The notes: a model not told the origin generated them from the letters alone. A stretch of DNA of 64,000 bases from Nostoc sp. NMS8 (GCF_017115045.1 NZ_JABXKK010000105.1:30253-94252); one strand, 5' to 3'. Positions 39,063 through 47,883 are shown, numbered from the stretch's first letter. Numbers and translations are program-made.

Positions 39063-39287
39063 TATATAGGTTCTAGTTCAGAATATCAATAGTTTTTAAC
39101 CTTTTAATATAAGAAAGTTAATATCTTTGAAAATAGACAAAACAAAATCACCTAAGAATATAATCCCTTAGTAGAAACTATCTCTAAGAAAATTTTAGTT
39201 AAGCTTTATTAAATGAGTGAGGTAAAAATTAAGTATCCTCTCTTACATCATGCCTCAAAATCTATAATCTTGAGCAAGAGCTAAAAA

Positions 39288-40634
39288 ATGTTAATGTCTG
39301 CCAGTTCCGATTTTCTTGCTTTGTGTCGAGAGCAAATAGCGCTGCTAACCCAAGGGCTGGGAGCAACTTTAAGTATTGTGTACTTAACACAAGAATTGGT
39401 AGAAACTCCTTCAGGCGATGCAAAACTTATTCCTGTAGTGATTTACCCAGAAACAGCATTACTACCGCCAGGAGAGGAGAATGCTGAGGGGACAGCATAC
39501 AAGCAACTTCAAGTTGAAAATGCGTTGATATTACCCAATCATCACCGAAGGTTATTGACAGCAGGTTTAGAATCTCCAACTTCGTCGCGGGAGTCTGAGA
39601 TACCAGATGCGTCTCAACCCGATCTAAAAGAGGAATACCTACTTAGTGGCAACCAAATTGTTTTACCTCTGGTCTATGAGGGTGTGATGATGGGGTTACT
39701 AGTGACAGGTAGGAATGATCGGGCATGGAATGAACATGAGCAAAGTCAGATTCAAAGGATAGCCCAAACATTAGCGATCGCATGTATTTTAGATCAGAGA
39801 CGAGCATGGTTTGAGCAGCAGTTGCGTGAGCAACAAATTCTCCAAGAAAAACAGCAGGATTTGCTGGATAATCTGTTGCATCAGTTTCGTAACCCATTAA
39901 CGGCGTTGCGGACTTTTGGTAAACTGCTGTTAAAACGATTACGACCAGCAGACGCTAACCGGGATGTGGCAAATAGTATTGTCCGAGAAAGCGATCGCCT
40001 CCAAGAATTGCTGCAACAATTTGAGCAAGTAATTGACTTGACAGAGACAGATTTAGCACCACTTCTGACAGAAGATGAAGTATTTGTAGAAGCAACGATC
40101 CAAAAAGACGCGAAACCGCCGCTATTATTGCCGGGAACGGGAGATAAAGCAGTTGACTGCTCCCTAGCAGATATATTGGAACCATTATTAATATCAGCCA
40201 AAGCGATCGCCCAAGAGCGAAAGCTAAAACTCATAACTGAAATTCAACAAAATTCATCTCTAGTACGTGCCAATGTCAAAGCATTACGAGAGGTGTTAAC
40301 TAACATTATTGATAATGCTTTAAAATACACTCCCACTGGTGGCAAAATTTTGATTCAGGCGGGGCAAGAAAAAGCGAATTTTCAGGGAATAGTCATTAGT
40401 GATAACGGGCCTGGAATTCCACCCCAAGATTTAGAACATCTTGGAGAACGGCATTATCGGGGTGTACAAGCGCAAACAGAAATTCCAGGTACAGGTTTGG
40501 GGTTAGCGATCGCTAAACAATTAATAGAGCAAATGCAGGGCGAAATTGAGGTTTTCAGCCCTGCAATCAACTCTAAGTTAACTTCACCCAATGCACCGGG
40601 AACTACATTTATTATTTGGTTGCCGGAAGTTTAG
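39288..40634 (+). CDS. Soluble GAF-containing sensor histidine kinase (Hik2/CSK-like)
   Basis: GAF-like N-terminus (LCREQIALLTQGLGATLSIVYL..MGLLVTGRNDRAW). H-box LLHQFRNPLTALRTF, N-box NIIDNALKYT, G-boxes DNGPGI and GTGLGLAI. Confidence 0.8.
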   Translation: MLMSASSDFLALCREQIALLTQGLGATLSIVYLTQELVETPSGDAKLIPVVIYPETALLPPGEENAEGTAYKQLQVENALILPNHHRRLLTAGLESPTSSRESEIPDASQPDLKEEYLLSGNQIVLPLVYEGVMMGLLVTGRNDRAWNEHEQSQIQRIAQTLAIACILDQRRAWFEQQLREQQILQEKQQDLLDNLLHQFRNPLTALRTFGKLLLKRLRPADANRDVANSIVRESDRLQELLQQFEQVIDLTETDLAPLLTEDEVFVEATIQKDAKPPLLLPGTGDKAVDCSLADILEPLLISAKAIAQERKLKLITEIQQNSSLVRANVKALREVLTNIIDNALKYTPTGGKILIQAGQEKANFQGIVISDNGPGIPPQDLEHLGERHYRGVQAQTEIPGTGLGLAIAKQLIEQMQGEIEVFSPAINSKLTSPNAPGTTFIIWLPEV

Positions 40635-40674
40635 AATTTGTCATTTGTCCTTTGTAAAGACTAATTACTAATGA

Positions 40675-41937
40675 CTATCTTAGTGAAACCAACAAGTTTT
40701 GATTGATTGTCATTTGTAAATCGGTATTTGGGTCAATGGCAATTAAGTCAACACTCTTCTTACCGAAGAACAGACCAATCAATGCACCGATACCAGCGCC
40801 ACCCAAGACTTCTTCTGTGGCAATGGCGCGATCGCCTGTGACAGCAGATACTGCTGCGGCTGCACCTGCACCCAATACAGTATTTCTGATAATTGCACCA
40901 GTACTAGTACCCTTGTTGACGGTTTCAGTTTTGGTAATTACGTCAGAACTAGCGTTAAGCTGATACTCTTGACCATTGGTCAAAACCAGCTTCTCAGCAA
41001 CAAATTGAGAACCGCCTGTAGCAGGTTTGAGTTGGCCAATAACTTGACTACCAGCAGGAATCACTACAGATCCGTCTTGCGTAACCACGTTTTGGGATAC
41101 TGTCAATGTCAAAGGTGATGTTTCATCTTTGGTAACTAGAATTTTTTCTGCCTTCTCATACTTCACAGGAATAGCAGTCCCTTGGGGAATTGTGACTGAA
41201 ACAGGTGTTAGGGTAGTAGACCCGACAGCCACAACATAAGGCGAGTTAATTGCTGAAGCTTGATTAGAACTAACCAATGCTTGATAGATAAAAGCTGCTA
41301 CCTGGGCGCGAGTGGCAGTTGCAGTTGGATTCAGGAACTTCACGTTTGGATAGTTCACTACAATTTGCTTTTCGGTTGCTGCTGCGATCGGGCTACGGGC
41401 ATAGCTAGCGATGCTAGAGGCATCGTTGAAATATTGCAGAGTGCTTTCGGTATTACCACTGGGGCTATATTGCAGACCGTTAGCGAGGGAAACTAAAACC
41501 TGTTGGCGGGGAATAGCTTGGTTAGGCTCAAAGCGATTACCAGGATATCCTGATAAGAAACCAATAGTATAAGCTTGCCCAATAGCACTGGATGCCCAAT
41601 AGTTGCTAGGCACATCAGCAAAATTGATTGGCTGCCGTTGCTGTGCTTTTTGGAAAGCTTTATTGACCATCGCGGCAAATTGAGCGCGTGTCACCGGTTC
41701 TTCTGGGCGGAAGCTACCATCAGGAAATCCGGCAATAACACCTCGCTGTGACAATTGTTGAATAAATTGTGTCGCCCAGTAGTTAGATGAAACATCAGAA
41801 AAAGTAGTTTGAGCTAAAGATGGCGAAGCTGTCATGAAAGGCGCTACAGTTCCGACTGTGACGCTCAAAGCCATAAGTGCAGCTGTTCTAGATTGCCAAC
41901 GATTTAAGTTAAACATTATTTTTTTACTCCAGTTCAA
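40675..41937 (-). CDS. Secreted SLH-domain protein with a C-terminal VirB10/TrbI-like beta domain and glycine-zipper tail
   Basis: Signal peptide ..SPSLAQT. Three SLH repeats (FSDVSSNYWATQFIQQL, FADVPSNYWASSAIGQA, FNDASSIASYARSPIAAA). The C-terminus has IPQGTAIPV...VVIPAGSQVIGQL and GAGAAAAVSAVTGD..GGAGIGALIGLFFG. Confidence 0.8.
   Translation of the reverse strand: MNWSKKIMFNLNRWQSRTAALMALSVTVGTVAPFMTASPSLAQTTFSDVSSNYWATQFIQQLSQRGVIAGFPDGSFRPEEPVTRAQFAAMVNKAFQKAQQRQPINFADVPSNYWASSAIGQAYTIGFLSGYPGNRFEPNQAIPRQQVLVSLANGLQYSPSGNTESTLQYFNDASSIASYARSPIAAATEKQIVVNYPNVKFLNPTATATRAQVAAFIYQALVSSNQASAINSPYVVAVGSTTLTPVSVTIPQGTAIPVKYEKAEKILVTKDETSPLTLTVSQNVVTQDGSVVIPAGSQVIGQLKPATGGSQFVAEKLVLTNGQEYQLNASSDVITKTETVNKGTSTGAIIRNTVLGAGAAAAVSAVTGDRAIATEEVLGGAGIGALIGLFFGKKSVDLIAIDPNTDLQMTINQNLLVSLR
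41231..41822. repeat. SLH-cassette nucleotide repeat, copy 1 (paralogous to 42444-43034)
   Basis: Direct alignment by eye shows long identical runs, for example tcgcggcaaattgagcgcgtgtcaccggttcttctgggcggaag and gcttggttaggctcaaagcgattaccaggatatcctgataagaaac. Confidence 0.85.
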
Positions 41938-42203
41938 TTATTTTTTTTACTTTTAATTAATTAGACATGTACTAAAGTATTAGGTTCCATTCTTTTGTGC
42001 TTTTTGTAAAAGCCATGACTTTAGTCATACAGTGACAATCTAAAAATATTCATCAACCGAAGTAGGTAATAGAAGTAGTATCATCACCCTATTACCTCTT
42101 TACAGAATTAAATTAGTATTGTAATAAATGTCGATACTTAGTAAAGACGATACAAGAATAGAATAGTTGCCGAAAAATTGATTTTTTTGGGTTAAAAATT
42201 TAG

Positions 42204-42236
42204 GCGATCGCCACTTTAAACATAGTGTGCGATCGC
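42204..42236. repeat. HIP1-HIP1 hairpin (GCGATCGC, 17 nt, GCGATCGC) in the 5' region of the SLH gene
   Basis: gcgatcgc cactttaaacatagtgt gcgatcgc. The partner at 44664-44696 carries the spacer in reverse-complement orientation. Confidence 0.8.
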
Positions 42237-42424
42237 CTATTGAATAACTATACTAAATCAACAGATTTTAATTGTGACCGATACAGGTGTTGCGGTAGTA
42301 GACTCGATACAGTGCTTCCGGCTATTATGCAATACAGTTTTTCTCCTTGCCCTCTCCTATCAAAGCTTTCAGATTTGAGGATGTACCTCATAGCTGCCGA
42401 AAGTGCTGTACTGTATATGGTGAA

Positions 42425-44470
42425 TTAATTGCTGAGTCTTAACACAACATAAGGCGAGTTAATTGCTGAGGCTTGATTAGAACTGACTAATGCTTGGTAG
42501 ATAAAAGCTGCTACTTGGGCCCGTGTAGCATTTGCAGTTGGCTTCAGGAACTTCACATCAGGATAGTTCACCACAATTTGCTTTTCAGTAGCGGCTGCGA
42601 TCGGGCTACGGGCATAGCTAGCGATGTTAGAAGCATCGTTGAAATATTGCAGAGTACTTTTGGTATTGCCGCCAGGAGTATATCCCAAACCATTAGCGAG
42701 AGAAACTAAAACCTGTTCGCGGGGAATCGCTTGGTTAGGCTCAAAGCGATTACCAGGATATCCTGATAAGAAACTAATCGCATAAGCTTCCTGAATGGCA
42801 CTAGATGCCCAATAGTTGCTAGGCACATCAGTAAAATTGATTGCCTGCCGTTGCTGTGCTTTTTGGAAAGCTTTATCGATCATCGCGGCAAATTGAGCGC
42901 GTGTCACCGGTTCTTCTGGGCGGAAGGTGCCATCAGGAAATCCAGCAATTACACCTCGCTGAGATAATTGTTGAATAAATTGTGCTGCCCAATAGTCAGA
43001 TGAAACATCAGAAAAAGCAGTTTGAGCTAAAGATAGCGGGGAACATCCCACTTTGGTAACTTTCTCTTGTGAAGGATAAGTCACTGGTTCACAAACAAAA
43101 CTTGCCAACTTAGACTCTACATCAGTCCGTGTGGGCGGATTTTGTTTATCTAGTTGCGATTTCCAATCACCAGATATTTTTTCTATAGTGGGATGCTTAC
43201 TTAAAAACTCTGAGTCTGCAACAATATCGTGAGACCCCTTAACACTGATCTTAGAACTATTTATGTAGATATTATAATCATAAACAACATTTGTATTCTT
43301 AGTGTTGTTATTAATATCCTTCCCAGGAAAAGCATAGAGAATGTTTCTGAGAATTCTGACATCCGATGATGTATGAGCAAATATTTGCCCACCTTTAATT
43401 TCTGGACTTTGATTATTTAAAACTGCTGTGTTATTTACAATATCAACATGATCGCTGAAAAAGGCATGAATACCCGACCCGCCATTATTAAATGCAAGAT
43501 TGTTTTGAACTAAAGTACGTCCTTTATATGCACCCAATTTGGGGTTGCCATCATTTCTTGTACTATCAATAATAATGCCATTACCGTCTGTAATCTTTCC
43601 AACTGCAATCCAAGGGATGTACATACGATTGTTGTAAGTCTTATTGTTGGTAATAAACATCTTGTATCCCTGGTTGTTGTCAAAATTCCAATTGCTCAAC
43701 ATCGAAATGCCACTGCAACCATAAACGCTATACCAGGCATTATTGAACACCACGTTATTATCTACTGTCACATAGTCTGATTGAATCGCTGAAATACCTG
43801 CTCCTCCGCAGTCATGCACTTTGTTGTTGACAATACGGATGTGATGAACATGACCATTAATTCGTCCATCAAGGTTGATACAGTTTCCACTTGTCAGCGG
43901 ATTTTGTTTGTTGGTTTTCTCACTCATCGCATAATCAAGGGTTATATTGGCATTGTTTCCTACTACTTCCAGCCCGTTGATCTCGATATACGAAGCTCCA
44001 CTTGAAATTAGGATACCGTTCCATGTATTGTGTTGGATTTTTGGGAAATTCCCAGGATATGCTTTATACCTAATCCAGGCATTTGCAGTTCCAGAACGTT
44101 TAATATTTATTACACTCCCATCTTTGGGTGAATTTGTGTATACTCCGTTCATAATCAAAACTGTATCGCCAGGGTTGGTAAGGTCTGCTGCCTTTTGAAT
44201 TGTCCTAAAGGCGGATGATGTAGAGAGTCCGCTATTTTTGTCGTTTCCACTACCACTAACATAGTATGTTTTTGGTGTTGAATTCGCGCTGATTAGCTCA
44301 CGACTGGATAAGCTTATTTCCTTGTTAGTGGAAACCTGACGGACGTTTTCAGCTAAAGATACTTTTATCCTTTCTCCCGGAGCCAAAATATTTAATACTA
44401 CGGGAATTGCCAGATATGCGCTTAAACCAAAACTTTGAAGTACCACAATAAAAGACTCCTTTATCGTCAC
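42425..44470 (-). CDS. Secreted or anchored right-handed parallel beta-helix (pectate-lyase-like) protein with three C-terminal SLH domains
   Basis: N-terminal hydrophobic anchor, then YYVSGSGNDKNSGLSTSSAFRTIQKAADLTNPGDTVLIMNGVY and beta-helix repeats (NNKVHDCGGAGISA, NLAFNNGGSGIHAF). The C-terminal SLH cassette is near-identical to that of 40675..41937. Confidence 0.8.
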   Translation of the reverse strand: MTIKESFIVVLQSFGLSAYLAIPVVLNILAPGERIKVSLAENVRQVSTNKEISLSSRELISANSTPKTYYVSGSGNDKNSGLSTSSAFRTIQKAADLTNPGDTVLIMNGVYTNSPKDGSVINIKRSGTANAWIRYKAYPGNFPKIQHNTWNGILISSGASYIEINGLEVVGNNANITLDYAMSEKTNKQNPLTSGNCINLDGRINGHVHHIRIVNNKVHDCGGAGISAIQSDYVTVDNNVVFNNAWYSVYGCSGISMLSNWNFDNNQGYKMFITNNKTYNNRMYIPWIAVGKITDGNGIIIDSTRNDGNPKLGAYKGRTLVQNNLAFNNGGSGIHAFFSDHVDIVNNTAVLNNQSPEIKGGQIFAHTSSDVRILRNILYAFPGKDINNNTKNTNVVYDYNIYINSSKISVKGSHDIVADSEFLSKHPTIEKISGDWKSQLDKQNPPTRTDVESKLASFVCEPVTYPSQEKVTKVGCSPLSLAQTAFSDVSSDYWAAQFIQQLSQRGVIAGFPDGTFRPEEPVTRAQFAAMIDKAFQKAQQRQAINFTDVPSNYWASSAIQEAYAISFLSGYPGNRFEPNQAIPREQVLVSLANGLGYTPGGNTKSTLQYFNDASNIASYARSPIAAATEKQIVVNYPDVKFLKPTANATRAQVAAFIYQALVSSNQASAINSPYVVLRLSN
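42444..43034. repeat. SLH-cassette nucleotide repeat, copy 2
   Basis: See 41231-41822. At the protein level I count about 21 substitutions over about 196 aligned residues (manual count). Confidence 0.85.
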
Positions 44471-44663
44471 TACTTAATAAAAGTACCAGGATATTTCGTA
44501 AGTTTGAATACTCTTTTGGATAGAGAATACAATAGAGTCAAATTTACTGGCTTTCCCATAGCATACTTAAATAATTATTCCAATAAATATTGATACTAAT
44601 TAAGACAATATAGAGGTAAAAGAGATGCTGTTAAATATAATTTTTTCTGGTTAAAAAATGAAG

Positions 44664-44696
44664 GCGATCGCACACTATAGTTAAAGTAGCGATCGC
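44664..44696. repeat. HIP1-HIP1 hairpin, partner of 42204-42236 with an inverted spacer
   Basis: gcgatcgc acactatagttaaagta gcgatcgc. The spacer matches the reverse complement of the copy-1 spacer at 14 of 17 positions. Confidence 0.8.
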
Positions 44697-44738
44697 ATAT
44701 AAGAGATGATTAAATTCACAATTTGAATGAAGTGAAAT

Positions 44739-45461
44739 TTAGTAGCGGGATTGTGGTACTAAATTCAAGTTAGAATTTAGTGTGAGCCTTAAATCTTGTG
44801 CAGGTCTGAGGACAAAAGCATTTGCTTCTTTTTTCCGCAACAAGACACTCGCACCCGCACCCGCAGCCGCACCAAGAACAGGTTTTAAATCGTCAATTCT
44901 ACGATTACCAGTAAGTAGTGAACCTAAAAGACCAGCACCCCCACCAATAGCTGCGTCAGTTAAAACCTGACTGGTGTTGGGCCCCTGTTTAACTCTTTGA
45001 GTTGTGGTGTATGTCCGAGAAGTTGCATTAATCGACTGACGCTGACCGTTAGAAAATTCTAATTCTTGAGCTACAAACCTTACGCCTTTTCCTTGATTAT
45101 CATCTGTATTTCTTGTATCTCTTGAATAACTATCTAAGTCAACCGATTCTAGCCGTCCATTAACTTTAGTACCAGCAGGAATTAAGACATTTCTATTTCT
45201 GTCGATAATGTCATTGGCTATTCTCAAGGTTATAGATTTACTTTCCCCAGGGGCAATAGTAATTGTCTCTTTTTCGTAGGTGACAGGAAAAGCAACTCCA
45301 GAAGGAATGGTCACGTTTCCGTATTGCCCATTTCTGTTTTGCCCAATGTTGTATTGAGCATTAGCAGGAGCCAAGCTGAATAAGGGGCTAATGGTACTTG
45401 TAGTAACGGCCATTGCCATAAATGCAGCGGTTCCATATTTCCATTGATGTAGGCGAGTCAT
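44739..45461 (-). CDS. Secreted VirB10/TrbI-like beta domain and glycine-zipper protein (paralogue of the C-terminal half of 40675..41937, without SLH)
   Basis: Signal peptide ..LAPANAQ. VTIPSGVAFPVTYEKE..VLIPAGTKVNGRL..RFVAQELEFSNGQRQSINA..GGGAGLLGSLLTG..GAAAGAGASVLL parallels the C-terminus of the 420-aa protein. Confidence 0.7.
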   Translation of the reverse strand: MTRLHQWKYGTAAFMAMAVTTSTISPLFSLAPANAQYNIGQNRNGQYGNVTIPSGVAFPVTYEKETITIAPGESKSITLRIANDIIDRNRNVLIPAGTKVNGRLESVDLDSYSRDTRNTDDNQGKGVRFVAQELEFSNGQRQSINATSRTYTTTQRVKQGPNTSQVLTDAAIGGGAGLLGSLLTGNRRIDDLKPVLGAAAGAGASVLLRKKEANAFVLRPAQDLRLTLNSNLNLVPQSRY

Positions 45462-45872
45462 AAGAGCATTATCCTTTGTGTATGTGATGTATTTAATGAC
45501 GAGGATTCACTGAGTTTGTTTCTGACTGTTTTTAAACCTCTCTATAGGCGTATTCTGAAGATAAAAGTACTTATGATGATGGGAAGTCTGTGCGATCGCA
45601 ATCACTCTTCAGAATTTTTATCCTGCTAATGTGCGTCACTCCAAATTAGGGGCGAGACACTTATAAGCTGTTGTGATTATAGTTTGCACATTGAGGCGGC
45701 AGGGGAGTAGGGTGCAAGGGAGAGGATTTAGAGGTTTTGCCTAATCATGCTTGTGATGCAATTTGCAGACGCAACAGCCTAAAACGTAAGTGAGTATCAT
45801 TTTGTTCCAAAATGCTGTTTTACTACTCATGTTTACATATCTAAGCCATTGATATAGAGGCGAATCGGCTGA

Positions 45873-46163
45873 CTGCGAACTCTTACTTCATTTATAAGGC
45901 TAATTTACGGTCAATTTAAGGTTAGACGGCAAGCTGAGGCGGCTGTCGTGGAGGCTTTAGAGGCAGCGCAACGAGAAATCAAAAGCTTGTTGGCTTCAAT
46001 TCCTACGGATGCTCATGATGGAGAGCGCAATCGTGTGTTGAGTCAATTGCAAAGTATTATTCATCAATTAGAAAAGGTACAAAATGGCACAACAACCTAT
46101 TTGAAAGCTCAAGAATTACTACTATCAGCAAATAATAAATTAAGACAACTACAGATTAAATAA
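45873..46163 (+). pseudogene. Possible 3' remnant of a larger gene (helical C-terminal fragment)
   Basis: The frame is open from 45873 (..LIYGQFKVRRQAEAAVVEALEAAQREIKSL..YLKAQELLLSANNKLRQLQIK*) with no ATG and no RBS. It is the only ORF of 60 aa or more in a 1.35-kb gap. Confidence 0.3.
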
Positions 46164-46310
46164 ATGGTAGCGATCGCCTGGGTATGTTAATATCTCCGCC
46201 AAGAATATTTACAGCAGAATGAATCGACTGTAGGCCCCTACATCCATATCAGATATTTCCTGAAATGGCATAAGTCCATTTGTACTATGTGTTTTCTGTT
46301 TGATTTCTAG

Positions 46311-46387
46311 CCAGTTGTCGTGAAGCGGTGACGTTGGCGCTGCATCCACCTTAAGGTGGTTCGGAGAGCGTCAGCGTCAACAACTGG
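46311..46387. repeat. MITE-like long imperfect hairpin
   Basis: ccagttgtcgtgaagcggtgacgttggcgctgcatccaccttaaggtggttcggagagcgtcagcgtcaacaactgg. The ends ccagttg/caactgg and the centre ccaccttaaggtgg are palindromic. Confidence 0.6.
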
Positions 46388-46816
46388 CCATTGGGTGGGA
46401 TTTTTGAGATGGGAATTAATCCCTTGTAGAATTTTCTCAATATCCCTGTAACCCTGCTGATATATCAATTAAAACTGCAACAAAAAAATTTTGGATGCCA
46501 AATTGCCAAAAGCACTCAACATAATTACAAATTGCTAATGAGGGTTCTGGCAAATGGGGGTAATTTACGTTTTGGTCAATTTTTCCTCAATGAATGTCCT
46601 GTTTTGTCTTTTGACTAGCTGTAGATGTGATTAGAAACGCAAGGATTATTGGGGAGAATTCTTTGAGCATCGAAAACGACGGTCGCGGCAGTGGCAGGAT
46701 TTATATTAGTTATAGAATAGCGTAGGCGCAGCCTAAACTAGGCATCGCTATCGCCTAGTGAAGCTCCTATATTAAGCCGGTGTTATGTTGAATGGGGCAA
46801 GAGTGATTAAGAAAGA

Positions 46817-47545
46817 TTAATGTCTCTTACCCGCTCCCAGATATAGTTCACCCACTTTCGGGTCATTCAACAATTCTTCACCAGGGCCGGAGATCGCATC
46901 ACGTCCCGACTCTAATACATATCCACGATTAGCCATCTCTAAAGCCTTACGGGCATTTTGTTCTACTAATACGATCGCAGTACCAGCCTGATTAATTTGT
47001 TTAATCTGCTCAAATACTTGTGTCACTAAAATCGGCGACAAGGCAGCAGATGGTTCATCTAAAATCAGCAAACCAGGTTCCAACATCAAAGCTTTGCCCA
47101 TCGCTAACATCTGGCGTTCTCCTCCAGAGAGAGTACCAGCGCGTTGACGACGGCGATCGCTTAGTCTGGGGAACATGGTAAATATTTTATCTTTAATTGG
47201 CTTCAGGGGAACGTTAAGCACAAAAGCACCCATCTCCAAGTTCTCTTCAACACTGAGAGAGGGGAAGACATTGGCGATTTGCGGTACATAGCACATTCCT
47301 CGTTGGACAATTTGATTGGACTTTAGCCCCACGATATTTTCACCTTTGAAGGTAATTGTGCCTGTGTGGGGAATCAAAAGCCCAAAAATTGCTTTTGCTA
47401 AAGTAGATTTCCCCGCACCGTTGGGGCCAATCACTGTCACTAATTCTCCTGGTGAAACCTGAAAATTCACACCTTGCAGGATATCTACATCTTTGATGTA
47501 TCCAGCGTGGACATTTTGAACATCTAATAAATAGTCATTTGTCAT
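46817..47545 (-). CDS. ABC transporter ATP-binding protein, LivF-type (branched-chain/neutral amino acid family)
   Basis: Walker A GPNGAGKST, signature LSGGERQMLAMGKAL, Walker B LLILDEPS, C-terminal YLG motif. Confidence 0.85.
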   Translation of the reverse strand: MTNDYLLDVQNVHAGYIKDVDILQGVNFQVSPGELVTVIGPNGAGKSTLAKAIFGLLIPHTGTITFKGENIVGLKSNQIVQRGMCYVPQIANVFPSLSVEENLEMGAFVLNVPLKPIKDKIFTMFPRLSDRRRQRAGTLSGGERQMLAMGKALMLEPGLLILDEPSAALSPILVTQVFEQIKQINQAGTAIVLVEQNARKALEMANRGYVLESGRDAISGPGEELLNDPKVGELYLGAGKRH

Positions 47546-47571
47546 TGGTCATTTGTCATTGGTCATTTGTC
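47535..47571. repeat. STRR heptamer array overlapping the livF-type start codon
   Basis: tcatttgtcattggtcatttgtcattggtcatttgtc. The ATG-ACA-AAT (MTN) start is the reverse complement of one repeat unit. Confidence 0.8.
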
Positions 47572-47608
47572 AACAGTCAAACATAACTTATTGACTGTTG
47601 ACTATGGA

Positions 47609-47836
47609 CTATTGTGGGGTTTTTTGCAACTCTGGTCGTTCTTCTGCAAGAATCGCCCCTTCTACTGGGCAAACTTGGAGACATATACCACAGTCGATGC
47701 AAGTGGCAAAGTCAATCCAGTACCAATCAGTTCCCTTGGCGTTTTTGCCTGGGCCATCATGAATACAAGCAACTGGACAGGCATCTACGCAGTCAGCAAC
47801 GCCTTCACAGACTTCTGTAACAATTGTGTGCGGCAT
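47609..47836 (-). CDS. Small dicluster (7Fe-type: 3Fe-4S plus 4Fe-4S) ferredoxin
   Basis: MPHTIVTEVCEGVADCVDACPVACI...CIDCGICLQVCP. I take the start at ATG 47836, because the longer track ORF (to 47995) reads through a MITE. Confidence 0.8.
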   Translation of the reverse strand: MPHTIVTEVCEGVADCVDACPVACIHDGPGKNAKGTDWYWIDFATCIDCGICLQVCPVEGAILAEERPELQKTPQ

Positions 47837-47883
47837 GTTTGTTCTCGATTCCCTCTTTTCTGTATCGGCTATTTCTAGCCTAG

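Noticed and set aside
41231-43034. Near-identical SLH cassettes considered as the template/variable repeats of a diversity-generating retroelement
   Set aside because: Mismatches between the copies are of all base types rather than adenine-specific. The repeat is about 590 nt and covers whole domains. No reverse transcriptase gene is present in the window.
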